A stretch of 56,209 bases of DNA, filler included, from Jimgerdemannia flammicorona (GCA_003990765.1; 2 parts of 2 records of this genome joined end to end with filler, not necessarily neighbours in it), one strand, 5' to 3'; positions 25,432 through 38,104 are shown, counted from the first letter of the whole stretch. Numbers and translations are program-made. Notes: generated by a model from the letters alone, not told the origin.

Positions 25432-28020
25432 ATGTCCGCCCCAACACGCCTACAAAATCTGCTGGTCCGGATCAAGCCCTTCGAACACCTGGACGAAGCC
25501 CACAAAAAGGAAATATTGCCATGGAAGAAACAGTATTGCTCTCACGACAAAAAACTCAGTGACTGTCTCGACATCTTGGGTGTGTCGCAGCTGAACCCAT
25601 ATCTCGTCTGGATCCCGCTCAACGATATTAAACCACTTGCTGAAGGCGGGTTTGCCAAAGTTTACCAGACATCGGTTTTTGTGAAGTCAGGATTTCGTAA
25701 AGTAGCCGCCAAGGAATTGAAGGAAACGATGGTTGCAGAGGTGAGATCAGTTGGTATCATATAAAATATTATCCATGTAGCCCAGCTTATAAGTAACCAT
25801 AAAGTGTTTTCATTCTATTCAATATAGTTAGTGTTGAATGTTTATTTGAGTCATTGTGGAGATGACATAAACAAGTCGCCCACAATGGCTATTGTTGGCT
25901 TGTCACAACACCCAATGACTGGGGAGTATCTCATGATTATGCCGTTTGCTGATCTCGGGACCCTCGAGAAAGAGCCATGCGAACAATGTGGTGATTGGTA
26001 CACCGCTCTAACGTATGCCATAAAACTCGCCAGCCGCTTGGCCACCCTCCATGATATGGGTTTCCGCCATGAGGATCTCCACCCTGGGAACGTAGTATTT
26101 CACAGCTCTCACGTCGCGCTCTTGATCGATGTTGGTCTTAGCAGTTCAGTGGAAGAGGAACACGCCCACGAAGGATTCTACGGTCGAATGGCATATTTTC
26201 CTCCGGAGATCTTTGAGGGAATGCAGTATACACAAAAATCGGATGTCTATTGCTTGGGAACCCTGCTGTGGCAGCTGATCGTCGGTGTCCCGCCTAAAGG
26301 TTTCGCATCAACGGCCGTTGCCAGCAATCCAGATGGCCTTCGCGAGCAGATGATCCCAGGTGCACCAACAGCATTTAACAACATCATTCAGAGCTGCTGG
26401 CACCCAGATCCCGATGGGCGACCGAGTGCCCTCCAAGTCTACAATCAGTTGATCGAATGTGCAGCTGATTTAGTCAGGATTTCTCCTGTTCTGCAATCAA
26501 ACATGGAATGTCAAATTTTGGAAGAGCTTGCCATTGCGCCATTGCCGTTTTCACCCGAGGTACAATTGTTCATTTTCGCACGACGGGCCAACCATCAGCA
26601 AGAACTAGAATCCCGTAACAACAGCGTTGCCGGCAGCGAATTCTGCACCGGTGATCAACTAAAACAAATCACGGAAGAGCGCTCACGATCAGCGGCTGCC
26701 CCTCAACAAAGTCTAGGTAAGTTTCATCGCAGGACTCCCGATTGACATTGTATATCATAATTATATACAAATTGATGGACATTGTGTTCTTGCTTCAACT
26801 CCCATCTAGAATCTAGTAACAGCAACATTGCCGGCAGCGAATTCTACACCGGTGATCAACTAAATCAAATCACGGAAGAGCACTCACGATCAGCGACTGT
26901 CCTTCAACGAAGTCAAGGTAGGTTGCATCATAGGCCTCACAGTTAACAATGCATATCATATAGTTGCAAATTGATGGTAATTTGGATTCTTGCTTCAACT
27001 CCCATCTAGAATCCGGCAACAGCAGCGTTGCCGGCAGCAAATTCTACACCAGTAATCGACTAAAACGAATGGAAGAGCACTTACGATCAGCGGAACAAAG
27101 TCTAGGTAGGTTTCAAAGCGTGCCTCACAGTTAATACTGCATATTATCTTTATTTATACAAATTTGTTTTGCTTCAACTCCCATTTAGAATCCGGTAACA
27201 GCAGCGAATTCTACACCGGCGATCAACTAAAAGAAATCACGGAAGAGCACTCACGATCAGTGACTATACCTCAACATAGTCCAGGTAGGTTTCACAGCGG
27301 GCCTCATACATTGCATATTATATTATCACATATAAATTGATGGACATTGTGTTCTCGCTTCGACTCCCATCTAGAATCCAGTAGCAGCAACGTTACCCGT
27401 AGCGAATTCTACACCAGTGATCAACTAAAACGAATCACAGAAGAGTACTCACGATCAGTGGCTGTCCCTCAACAAAGTCTAGGTAGGTTTATTCACGGGT
27501 CTCATAGAGAATACTGTATATTGTATTTGTATTTGCAAATTGAAGGTAGCGTTGACCAGACAATGGATGAAAGGTCACCGCATACAGCTTACATATTGAT
27601 CATTCATCTATGTTTAGAGGAAAGGTTTACGAATGACGAGCTCCATGCTTTCTCTGAGCATCAAAAGCAGGCTATGATCAGTATGTTAAAATTTTATAAA
27701 CTATAGTTTGTAGCTGTCTGATGAGATCAAGCTTACAATTTATAGTTTTTTTGCTTATTCTTTGTTCATCTTCAAACAATTACATTGGCAATAAAGAGGC
27801 CAGATCTCTAGTCGAAATTTTCCAGCAGAACATAACTCTGAATGAATTGAATCTCATTGGTATAATTTTTTCAACTGTTGTTTACAGAAAGTCAATTATC
27901 TGTGCTTAGTCTCTCATTTCAGATTATCACATTCAGAAAAGAGTATCAATTATAGAGAATTGCAAGTTCTCATTGAGTTTTTAAAGCAGAACAAAAACGT
28001 AACCAAACTCAATCTAAGTA
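25432..28020 (+). CDS. Tyrosine-kinase-like protein kinase with tandem repeat exons and RI-type LRR exons; 3' end lost in the gap
   Basis: Exons 25432-25740, 25828-26716, 26810-26917, 27010-27105, 27189-27284, 27375-27482, 27618-27680, (27776-27859) and 27937-28020. Kinase motifs LAEGGFAKVY, VAAKEL, HEDLHPGN, DVG, YFPPE, SDVYCLG. LRRs NYIGNKEARSLVEIFQQNITLNELNL and KSINYRELQVLIEFLKQNKNVTKLNLS. Confidence 0.88.
26609..27540 (+). repeat. Five tandem exon+intron units (~180-200 bp each)
   Basis: Unit TAG|AATCC...GAATTCTACACC...CACTCACGATCAG...G|GTAGG; coding parts are 108, 108, 96, 96 and 108 nt. Confidence 0.92.
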
Positions 28021-28026
28021 GTATGT

Positions 28027-28058
<32 letters not shown>

Positions 28059-28158
28059 NNNNNNNNNNNNNNNNNNNNNNNNNNNNNNNNNNNNNNNNNN
28101 NNTTAATTAATTAANNNNNNNNNNNNNNNNNNNNNNNNNNNNNNNNNNNNNNNNNNNN
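28059..28158. other. Assembly gap with artificial six-frame-stop linker
   Basis: 44 N + TTAATTAATTAA + 44 N; continuity across it is not guaranteed. Confidence 0.95.
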
Positions 28159-28254
28159 TTTAACTTTATATTTATTAATAAAAAAAAAAAATTAAATAAA
28201 AATTATATATTTTTTTTTTTTGCAGGCAAATTTGCCTGCGTTACAGTCTAAGAG

Positions 28255-29120
28255 GTATAAGGCTAATCTAACTATACTATGACTGCTAAGCTATTTATGG
28301 ATTTAGATGCTGTCTAGTTAGTCTTTGATGATATTACTATTAATGATATCATCGCTGGCAAAGTCTGAGTAGTTTTCTTACTTCTGACATCATCAGTTTC
28401 AAAGGTATCATTACTTCTATCTCTTGTAAGATTAAGGCTATCCTTGGTGGCAGTAGTTGTACAAGGATAACAGGTCTTGATTCTCTTTTTTTTTTTTAAT
28501 CTACTGGCACATTTGTAAGGACTGGCCATTCTCATCTAGGGCAAGGGCTCCCAATGTCATGGCTGGGGGTTCAAACCTCTTGGAAATGATATTTTCTGTA
28601 ATCTGAGGTAATTTCTAGTAGTAATATCTGTCACGTGGATGACTTGAGATTGGTTTCGATGATGTTAGCTTTCTTGAGTTCAGATAAAGCATCTGTCACT
28701 CTCTAATGGAGGTGACACAGATAGAGCAAACAAGTTATTCAAATGTATTTTACTTCTACTAAGTAATGAGGTCTTATATAGTCATAGTGTATCTTGGTCT
28801 TGAGTTGATAAGTGCAATTTGTGAACCTTTTGATAGATGAGATAGGGTTTTTCTTGTCTTGATTTGAGTTTGGTACTTTTGGTTTTCTTTTGTAATAGTA
28901 TAGTATACCAAACTAGTTATAGTGGTTCAGAGTCAGTCTTATAGTTGTAGTACTTCTTCTAGTATTCTTATATCTTAGTGGTGGGTTCTCGTACTTGCTA
29001 GCATATTTTGTATAACCAGATGATCTCTTCAGTAACTTGTTTTGTAGTCTCACATGTGGTTTCCAAATTAATTCTGAGAATGATATGCAATTTTGGTAAC
29101 TTGGAGGTTATATACTTACA
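28255..29120 (-). mobile_element. G2 LTR type B, partial (5' portion), minus strand
   Basis: Begins TGTAAGTATATAACC at 29120 on the minus strand and matches 36958-37820; truncated near the gap. Confidence 0.85.
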
Positions 29121-30964
29121 GAACTACTATAACTAGTTTGGTGTACTATATTATTACAAAAGGAAACTGAAAGTACCAAACTCAAATCAAGACAAGAAGA
29201 ACCCTATCTCATCTACCAAAAGGTTCATGAACTGTACTTATCAACTCAAGACCAAGATACACTATGACTATACAAGACCTCATTACTTAGCAGAAGCAAA
29301 ACATATTTGAACAACTCTATTTGCTCTATCTGTATCACCTCTATTGGAGAGTGATAGATGTTTCATCTGAACTCAAGAAAGCTGACATTGTTGAAACCAA
29401 TCTCAAGCTATCCACGTGATAGATATTACTACTAGAAATTGCCTTGGATTATAGAAAATATCATTTCCGAGAGGTTTGAACTCCCAGCTGCAATATTGAG
29501 AGCCCTCACCCTAGACAAGAATGGCCAGTCCTCACAAATACACTAGTAGACCAAAAAAAAAAGAGACCCAAGACCTATTATCCTTGTACAATCACTGCCA
29601 CCAAGAACAATCTTAATCTTATAAGAGATAGAAGTGATAATACCTTTGAAACTGATGATATCAGAAGTCAGAAAACTGCTCACACTTTGCCAGCAATGAT
29701 GTCATCAATAGTGATGTCATCAAATACTACCCAGATAGTGCCTAAATCTATAAATAGTTTAGCTGTCATAGTATAGTTAGATTAGCCTTGCATGATATGA
29801 CTGTGAACTAACTCAGCAGTTAGATAATCTCTTGACATATCAGATCACTCTTGTACTACATGACTGTATTCCAACTCAGCAAGGCACTTAGTGCTATATC
29901 CATATCTAGTATAGTCTAGATGGCCCCTCACTAGTATAAATACCCCCTCTCCCAGACCTCAGAATCTCAGACTCAAACATACAAGAATATTTTTAAATAC
30001 TTTCTGTAAGCATACAACCTCCAAGCCACCAAAATCGCATGGCATCCTCAGAACTAATTTAGAAACCACATGCAAGACTACAAAACAAGTTACTGAAGAG
30101 ATCATCTGGTTATATGAAATATGCCAGTAAGCATGAGAACCCACTGCCAAGATATAAGAATACTAGAAGAAGTACCAAACTCAAATCGAGATAAGAAGAA
30201 CCCTATCTCATCTACCAAAAGGTTCACGAACTACACTTATCAATTCAAGACTAAGATACACTGTAACTATATAAGACCTCATTACTTAGTAAAAGCAAAA
30301 TGCATTTGAACAACTCTGTTCACTCTATCTGTGTCACCTCCATTGGAGAGTGATGGACACTTCATCTGAACTCAAGAAAGCCAACATCATTGAAACCAAT
30401 CTCAAGCCATCCATATGACAGATATTACTACTAGAAATTGTCTCAGATTACAGAAAATATCATTTCTGAGAGGTTCAAACCCCCAGCTGCAACATTGGGA
30501 GCCCTCACCCTAGACGAGAATGGCCAGTCCTCGCAAATGCACCAGCAGACCAAAAAAAAAGAGAACTAAGACCTGTTATCCTTGTGCAACTACTACCACC
30601 AAGGATAGCCTTAATCTTGTAAGAGATAGAAGTGATGATACCTTGAAACTAATGATGTCAGAAGTTAGAAAACTACTCAGACTTTATCAGAGATGATATC
30701 ATCGATGGTGATATCATTGAAGACTACCTAGACAGTGTCTAAACCTATAAATAGCTTAGCAGTCATAGTATAGTTAAATTAGCCTTATATGACATAACTG
30801 TGAACTGACTCAGCAGTTAGACAATCTTTTGATATATCAGATCACACTTATACTACATGACTGCATTCCAACTCAGCAAGGCACTAAGTACTATATCCAT
30901 ATTTAGCATAGTTCAGATAGCCCCTCACTAGTATAAATATCCCCTCCCCCAGACCTCAGAATCT

Positions 30965-31044
30965 CAGACTTGAATAGACTTGAATAGACTTAAACAGACT
31001 TGAACAGACTTAAATAGACTTGAACAGACTTGAACAGACTTGAA
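30965..31044 (+). repeat. 10-bp tandem repeat (C/T)AGACTT(G/A)AA x8 in the 5' LTR
   Basis: Counted directly; starts ~30 bp downstream of the LTR TATAAATA box. Confidence 0.9.
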
Positions 31045-31323
31045 CAATCTGAACACAACTCCTGAGCACTTCTCCACAATATCTCTTTACACAACTACTC
31101 CTAGTATAGCAATATTATAAATAGTGAATAAACCTATTTAATAACCTACAAACTACTTTTAAGTAAATCCACTCCCTGTTAGGTCCCACTCTTAACCCCA
31201 TCACAAAATTTCCTAATTGGGTATTGTCTGCAGCAATATGTCAATTCAACTAAGCTGGTCTTAGTTTCTTAAACTTCCTGAAATATAGAAAATCCTGAAC
31301 ATCCAGAACTAGTCTAAAAAAGG

Positions 31324-33392
31324 TATAAGTGCACAACCTCCAAGCCACCGAAATTATACATCACCCTCTGAACAAGCCACTGAAATCACACACGAGCTCC
31401 GAACAAATCTGGAAATCACCTGCTTGATCACGAAGCTGAGTCAAACTGAAGTCACAGTGTACAAAGCTGAGTCAATATGAAGTCACAGAACACAAGATCT
31501 ACACAAACAGAATCTTACCAATCAGGACCAAATGCATATATACCAAGTACTGAGATGCATCGAATCAGAGAACCAAAACAAACAACAACCACAACTTCCC
31601 AACACACAAACATGACCACTGAAATCTACAACCGCATCCGCGCTGACATTTGGAATGCCATTGTCAACCGAGCCACACCCCCTCTGCCTCTCATGAATAT
31701 CCATAGCCTGGCACCCCTCTACTTTGTGGAAGCCCGATGGAATGCTCTGAACATGCTTAGCAAGGCCCACCAAATTGGACAAATCTCAAGCTACTACTAG
31801 ATTGGCCGCCTCCTAGAAGACATGGTCAAATACCACCATGATACAGATATTACTCAGATGTCTCAACACCAGAAGCTCATCGCCTGCAAACATCGAGAAC
31901 TCTTCTATGAGTACAACACCTTTATTCCCCGCCTTCGAGTTACTACCAGCGAAATGGTTACTACCCTGTCCTACGGCCAAATTGATGACATGATACAAGA
32001 ACTCAACCACAAGTACCTCGAATATGTCCAGACTACAGACAAAACCTTCCCGCACCCTGATGACCATATCCTACAAATGCCTCAAGTTGGATATGCCATG
32101 AAGGACATCTACGATATAATCCACTTCAATGAAGACGAAGCAGAAGACAATGACCCCTCTGACGCCAACATGACCTCTAGCCAAGGATCCCTGCCAACTC
32201 TGATCACTCTGCCAACCTTGCTGATGAACTTACAACAGTTCATAACTGTATACGAGACTTATTGGGACAATGACCACTGGCATGAATACCAACCCACATT
32301 CACCCCTGATTACTTCAATTACAATGAAGAGACCGGAGAACACAACCTGTACCTCCAGACAACCCTAGAGATCGAACCAACAACCTCACCACCTGAGTAC
32401 GAGCAACATGAACCACAGCCACCAGCTTACTACAACCCCGTGACTCATAGTGCTGTAACCTATTGAAGGTATGCAGACAGCAAATCCAATGAAAGCGAAG
32501 ACAATACATCCATCCTTCACCCACCAACACCTTATCCAGCCTACAAGACAGACGATGCTATTCTATGGGACAGAGATGAAGTCCCAATATACATATTACT
32601 ACCTCAGCCAACAAGGAGAAGTAATCCGTGAACTACTCTTCCTAGATGACTACTTTATCAGAGATGATGCAATCGATGATGATGTCATCGAAGACTACCC
32701 AGATAGTGCCTAAGACCTATAAATAGTCTAGCAGTCATAGTATAGATAGATTAGCCTTGTACGACATGACTGTGAACTGACTCAGCAGTCAGACGATCTC
32801 TTGATATATCAGATCACACTTGTACTACGTGACTGCATTCCGACTCAGCAAGGCACTTAGTGCTATATCCATATCTAGCATAGTCTAGATAGCCCCTCAC
32901 TAGTATAAATACCCCCTCCCCCAGACCTCAGAATCTCAGACTTGAACAATCTGAACACAACTCCTGAGCACTTCTCCACAATATCCCTTCACACAAGTAC
33001 TCCTAGTATAGCAATATTATGAATAGCAAATAAACCTATTCTATAACCCACAAACTACTCTTAAGTAAATCTGCTCCCTGTTAGGTCCCACTCCTAACCC
33101 CATCACGAAATTTCCTAATTGGGTATTGTCTGCAGCGATACGCTAATTCAACTAAGCTGGTCTTAGTTTCTTGAACTTCCTGAAATACGGAAAATCCTGA
33201 ACATCCAGAACTAGTCTGGAAAAGGACTTTGGTTGAGACGCCAACCCAATCTTGAAATCAATAAGCATAGAGGACATACTCCATATGAAATTGATCTTGA
33301 TCCTAAGAAAATGGTCTTCCAGAATATCCAGAACTTCTAGAAAACTCTTCCAGAACTATGTAATGGTCACCCTAAAAAGTAACCCTCTTACA
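31324..33392 (+). mobile_element. Solo LTR of G2, type A (2069 bp), inserted in the 5' LTR of the G2 element
   Basis: TATAAG...CTTACA termini; TSD AAAGG (31319-31323, 33393-33397). Confidence 0.93.
31612..32713 (+). pseudogene. LTR-encoded ORF-X, ~365 aa reconstructed (two point stops, one small frameshift)
   Basis: MTTEIYNRIRADIWNAI...YY*IGRLLE...; TAG at 31798 (CAG in the 7103-8029 copy) and TGA at 32464; acidic tail ending DDDVIEDYPDSA*. Confidence 0.78.
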
Positions 33393-33567
33393 AAAGGACT
33401 TTGGTTGAGACATCAATCTGATCTTGAAATCAATAAGCATAGAGGATATACTCCATATGACATTGATCTTGACCATAAGAAAATGGTCTTCCAGAACATC
33501 TAGAACTTCCAGAAAACCCTTCCAGAACTATGTAATAGTTACTCTAAAAAGTAACCCTCTTACAACT

Positions 33568-33580
33568 TGGTAGTAGTAGT
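33568..33580 (+). promoter_or_regulatory. Primer-binding site of G2 (tRNA-iMet-like, decayed)
   Basis: TGGTAGTAGTAG three nt after the LTR end; TGGTAG(C) is the initiator-Met type start (inference). Confidence 0.6.
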
Positions 33581-34526
33581 TTACAATCCAATTCCACTTC
33601 AAGATGCTTCCTCATCCCACTACAAACCATTCTGAGAATTCCTACAAGTTGGTATAAAGCCCAACCTCTAAACTGGAATTTATCCTGAACCATCTGACAA
33701 TCTGAAGAGAATTGAACCTGATGTATAAGGACAATTTGACCTCCATACCTATAACAAGTGGGACAAACTTCATTCAAAGAAAGAAATACTCTAGTTAAAT
33801 CAGCAAATAGGTGAAACTCTATTCACTGAACTCCTTGCTCGATATCCAGCAAGTCAAAATGAAGAAGGTCTTATTGAAGCCTTCTTTACTCTTCTCAATA
33901 AGAGTTTTGTCAGCTCTACAAATCTGAGCAACCTAGGATAACCAACAGCAGTCTTTCTAGCCTTAGTTTCTCATGAAGCTCAAGCCTCTATAGCCAAGTG
34001 GCTCAACTCTACCGACTTTCACCATACCAGAACCAAGACTGCATTATACTACCGATTTCAGAACAGCAAGGCCTGTCATATTCTTAAAGAAGAAGCAAGA
34101 GAAACCCTTCATCAACTACCTGACTCTAAACCAGAAGCAGGCCCTACTATAGCCCTATCTGAATCTGAAACCAATACCAAACCTGAACTTGACTTTGAAT
34201 TAAGTCTATCTGAAATTAGATATACCACTGATTCTGTTTACTTTGACACCAAGCAAACTCAATTACATGGAGACCAAACTGAAGAAGAGGAGGAGTATCT
34301 CAGTGAATTTGATCCCAGATACACTACTGAAGGAGACGTACTTCCATCAGACCAGAACACACCTATACAGCAACAAACAACTATCTATTGAGCCCTTACT
34401 CCAGACCCACAACTATTACTCCAGCAACTTACACAGACTCAAAGAACACTCTCACACTCTGCACCAGTATCTCAAGTAGTACCAATAACACCACTACCAG
34501 TAGTCCAACCGCCTCCAGTAAACAAT

Positions 34527-36930
34527 ATGGCAAATCAATAGATTCAAGACCTCACAGCCCAGGTAGTGATAATGGCAGCAATCATTACTACCTTAGCCAA
34601 ACAGACCCAACCTACCAAAAATCTGAGCCTACCTATCTTCAATGGTACTGTACAAGAAGTCCAAAGCTTCATTAGTGTAGTTGACACCAACTTCAAAGCC
34701 AATCAATGGACCAATGAGTGAGTTGCTGACTGCATTCTGATAAACAATCAAGACCATACTCTGGAACAACTCTTTACTACCACTACAGCCTATGTCCACT
34801 AAGTTGTTATATTCTTCCAAGGACCTGCTGAAGAATGGTGGTGAACTCTTCCTGAAAAACCCCTCACATGGGATACTTGACCTACAGTAGTTGCTCAGAA
34901 TGCAGCAAACAATATCCCAGGATATGGAGCCCATCCTGCAGCCCCTGGACTCAAACAACTCATGATTGCTCAATACTGCAGTGAAACCATGATTGCTGAA
35001 TCTCAAGTAAAACTCCACAACCTCAAATTTGATATATATGGCAAAGAAGAATTTGAAATCTTCTGTACAAAACTCAAGTCACTTCTGAACACTGTTGGCT
35101 TAGAATATATCACCAATGATGAAGCACAAAATGGTACAAGAGCAGACTATTTATTTGATGTACTGCCTGAATGGCTTACAAGAAAAATCTGTGAACAAGG
35201 CCACCTAGTCAGTTGTGATCACCAACAATGGTGCCTAGCAAGAATCAAGACTATGGTCAAGCGAATCCTAACAGCTGGACCAATTCTGCCTCAAAGACAA
35301 TTCAACAACAAGGAAAAGACTTGGACTAAGAAAGAAGAGTCCAAGCATGAGGCATTCCAAGCTCCCTCCACATCCACCTCATGGATATCCAGAAATCATG
35401 AACCCACCCAGCTGAGTACCTTTAAGAAACTTACTGAAGGTGAAAGAAATGAACTTTGAAGAAGCAGAGCATGCTTCTATTGCTGAAAGACAGGGCACAT
35501 GGCCAGTACCTGCCCCAACCAAAAACCCCGAACAGCAATATAAGCAACTGGTATCACTCTGCACCACCTCAATAACCTGACTACCAGAATACTGAACTTT
35601 GTCAAATTAAGACAAACTGCTAAGGCCCTAACCAAAGGAAGTCAAAAAGCAACTGGATATAATCTGTATGCAGCCGAAGAAGCTATAGTTTCCAACTGAG
35701 AAGTCAAGCAAGTCTATACAGGAATTAGTATCCAAATTCCTGAAGGATATGTTGGAAGAATATGCTGTCACAGCAGCCTAGCATTGAAAGAACTCTCAGT
35801 AAAAAGAGGAGTCATTGATAAAGATTATATAGGTGAAATTATTGTCCTCATCTGAAACTACAGTTGAACACCCTTCAAGATCTCTATTAGATTCTGCATT
35901 GCCCAGATTCTATTCAAAAAAATCAAATTAACCCTGACAGTCAAGGAAGTCCCTGAACTACTGCCTACCATCCAAGGATCTAAAGGATTTGGCTCATCAA
36001 ACAAGGCCCCAGCCCAACCTATTATGAACAAAGAAGAATAATTCTATAAGAAAATCGAAGATGGATATGTACCAAGTGGCTGATGCCCTCATGGCATTGG
36101 AATGTACTCTTCTCAAATGATTGATAATTGCTTCTTTTGTATCAATGAACTGGCTTAAAGAAGAACCAACAGAAGGAAAGCTCCTACAACTGAAATCACT
36201 ACCATTGGATCAGACAAACTACTTATACTTAAAGCTTTTGTCAACTGAGCACCTGTTAAGATTATGATAGACAGTAGTACCTCAGGCAACTTCATCAATA
36301 AAGAGACAGCCAACAGACTTAAGGTCTTCACCTCTCTGGTACAACAAACCCAAGCAGTTGCCACAGCTGATGGAATCTCACATGTCATCAGCAAGGAAGT
36401 CTGCAATCTACCCTTCCAAATTGGTGACTATCGAGTACATATTACCCTCCAGATTGTACCACTCCCAGACAATGAAATCATCCTTGGAACTCTATGGTTG
36501 AAACAAGAGAACCCTATGATAGATTGGGTAAATCATTCTCTGACCATTAAGAAAGGATGCCACAACTTCAAACTGTAAGGTGAAAAGGACCCACTCAGTT
36601 CTAGTAACTGTAGATCAAAGATCACCCACATCAACAAGCTACAACTCAAGAAATTGGCCAAGAAATGCCCTCTCTTTGCCATCTCCATCCATCTATCCAA
36701 AGGAGAACCCAAGAACTTTGAAGAAGACTCTTCCAAAGTTGACAGCCATATCAGACCACTACTCCAGAAAGCCTGGGACATATTTCTGAACCAAACTACA
36801 GAACTATCTATATCTGTCATTATTAATAACCAAGAAGAATACAAAGTTGAACAAATCCTTAACAAATATAGCCACAAGAACCATTCAAATGGAACAATAA
36901 CACCAGAACAAATTAGAAGGCCCCAATAAG
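34527..36930 (+). pseudogene. G2 gag - dUTPase - protease, followed by a chromodomain remnant
   Basis: gag LPIFNGTVQEVQSF, FFQGPAEEWW, knuckle CFYC*KTGHMASTCP (~35472). dUTPase 35592-35998 (ATGYNL, HSSLA, GVIDKDYIGEI, IAQ, KGFGSS). PR MIDSSTSGNFI...IILGTLWL. Chromodomain start IINNQEEYKVEQILN (~36820). Confidence 0.87.
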
Positions 36931-37994
36931 GACGTCAAAAGCTAAGAAGGGGAGAGTTATAAGTGTACAACCTCCAAGCCACCAAAATCACATGGCATCC
37001 TCAGAACTAATTTGGAAACTACATGCAAGACTACAAAACAAGTTACTGAAGAGATCATCTGGTTACATGAAATACACCAGCAAGCATGAGAACCCACTGC
37101 CAAGATACAAGAATACTAGAAGAAGTACTACAACCACAAGACTAACTCCAAACCACTATAACTAGTTTGGTATACTATACTATTACAGAAGGAAACTGAA
37201 AGTACCAAACTCAAATAAAGACAAGAAGAACTCTATCTCATCTATCAAAAGGTTCATGAACTGCACTTATCAACTCAAGACCAAGATACACTGTAACTAT
37301 ATAAGACCTCATTACTTAGCAGAAGTAAAACACATTTGAACAACTCTGTTCACTCTATCTGTATCACCTCCATTGGAGAGTGATGGACACTTCATCTGAA
37401 CTCAAGAAAGCTGACATCATCGAAACCAATCTCAAGCTATCTATGTGATAGATATTACTACTAGAAATTGCCTCAGATTACAGAAAATATCATTTCCAAG
37501 AGGTTCAAATCCCCAGCCACAACATTGGGAGCCCTTGCCCTAGATGAGAATGGCCAGTCCTCACAAATGTACCAGCAGACCAAAAAAAAAGAGAACCAAG
37601 ACCTGTTATCCTTGTGCAACCACTGCTACTAAGGACAGCCTTAATCTTGCAAGAGATAGAAGTGATGACACCTTGAAACTGATAATATCAGAAGTCAGAA
37701 AACTGCTTAGACTTTACCAGAGATGATGTCATCAATAGTGATGTCATTGAAGACTACCCAGATAGTGTCTAAACCTATAAATAGCTTAGCAGTTATAGTA
37801 TAGTTAGATTAGCCTTATACAACATGACTGTGAACTGACTCAGCAGTCAGACGATCTCTTGAAATGTCAGATAACACTTGTACTACATGACTGCATTCTG
37901 ACTCAGCAAGGCACTAAGTACTATATCCATATTTAGCATAGTCCAGATAGCCCCTCACTAGTATAAATACCCCCTCCCCCAGACTTCAGAATCT

Positions 37995-38104
37995 CAGACT
38001 TGAACAGACTTAAACAGACTTAAACAGACTTGAATAGACTTAAACAGACTTAAACAGACTTAAACAGACTTAAACAGACTTGAACAGACTTGAACAGACT
38101 TGAA
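37995..38104 (+). repeat. 10-bp tandem repeat x11 in the 3' LTR
   Basis: CAGACTT(G/A)AA units counted directly. Confidence 0.9.

Noticed and set aside
26609..27540. Regularly spaced repeats resembling a CRISPR array
   Set aside because: Units are ~190-bp exon+intron duplications with GT-AG sites, the spacers are homologous to each other, and the context is eukaryotic with no cas genes.
28059..28158. TTAATTAATTAA palindrome inside the N run
   Set aside because: Standard artificial contig linker with stops in six frames; not biological.
28222..28239. Perfect palindrome GCAGGCAAATTTGCCTGC
   Set aside because: Short, single, and next to a contig end and homopolymers; may be chance or an assembly artefact.
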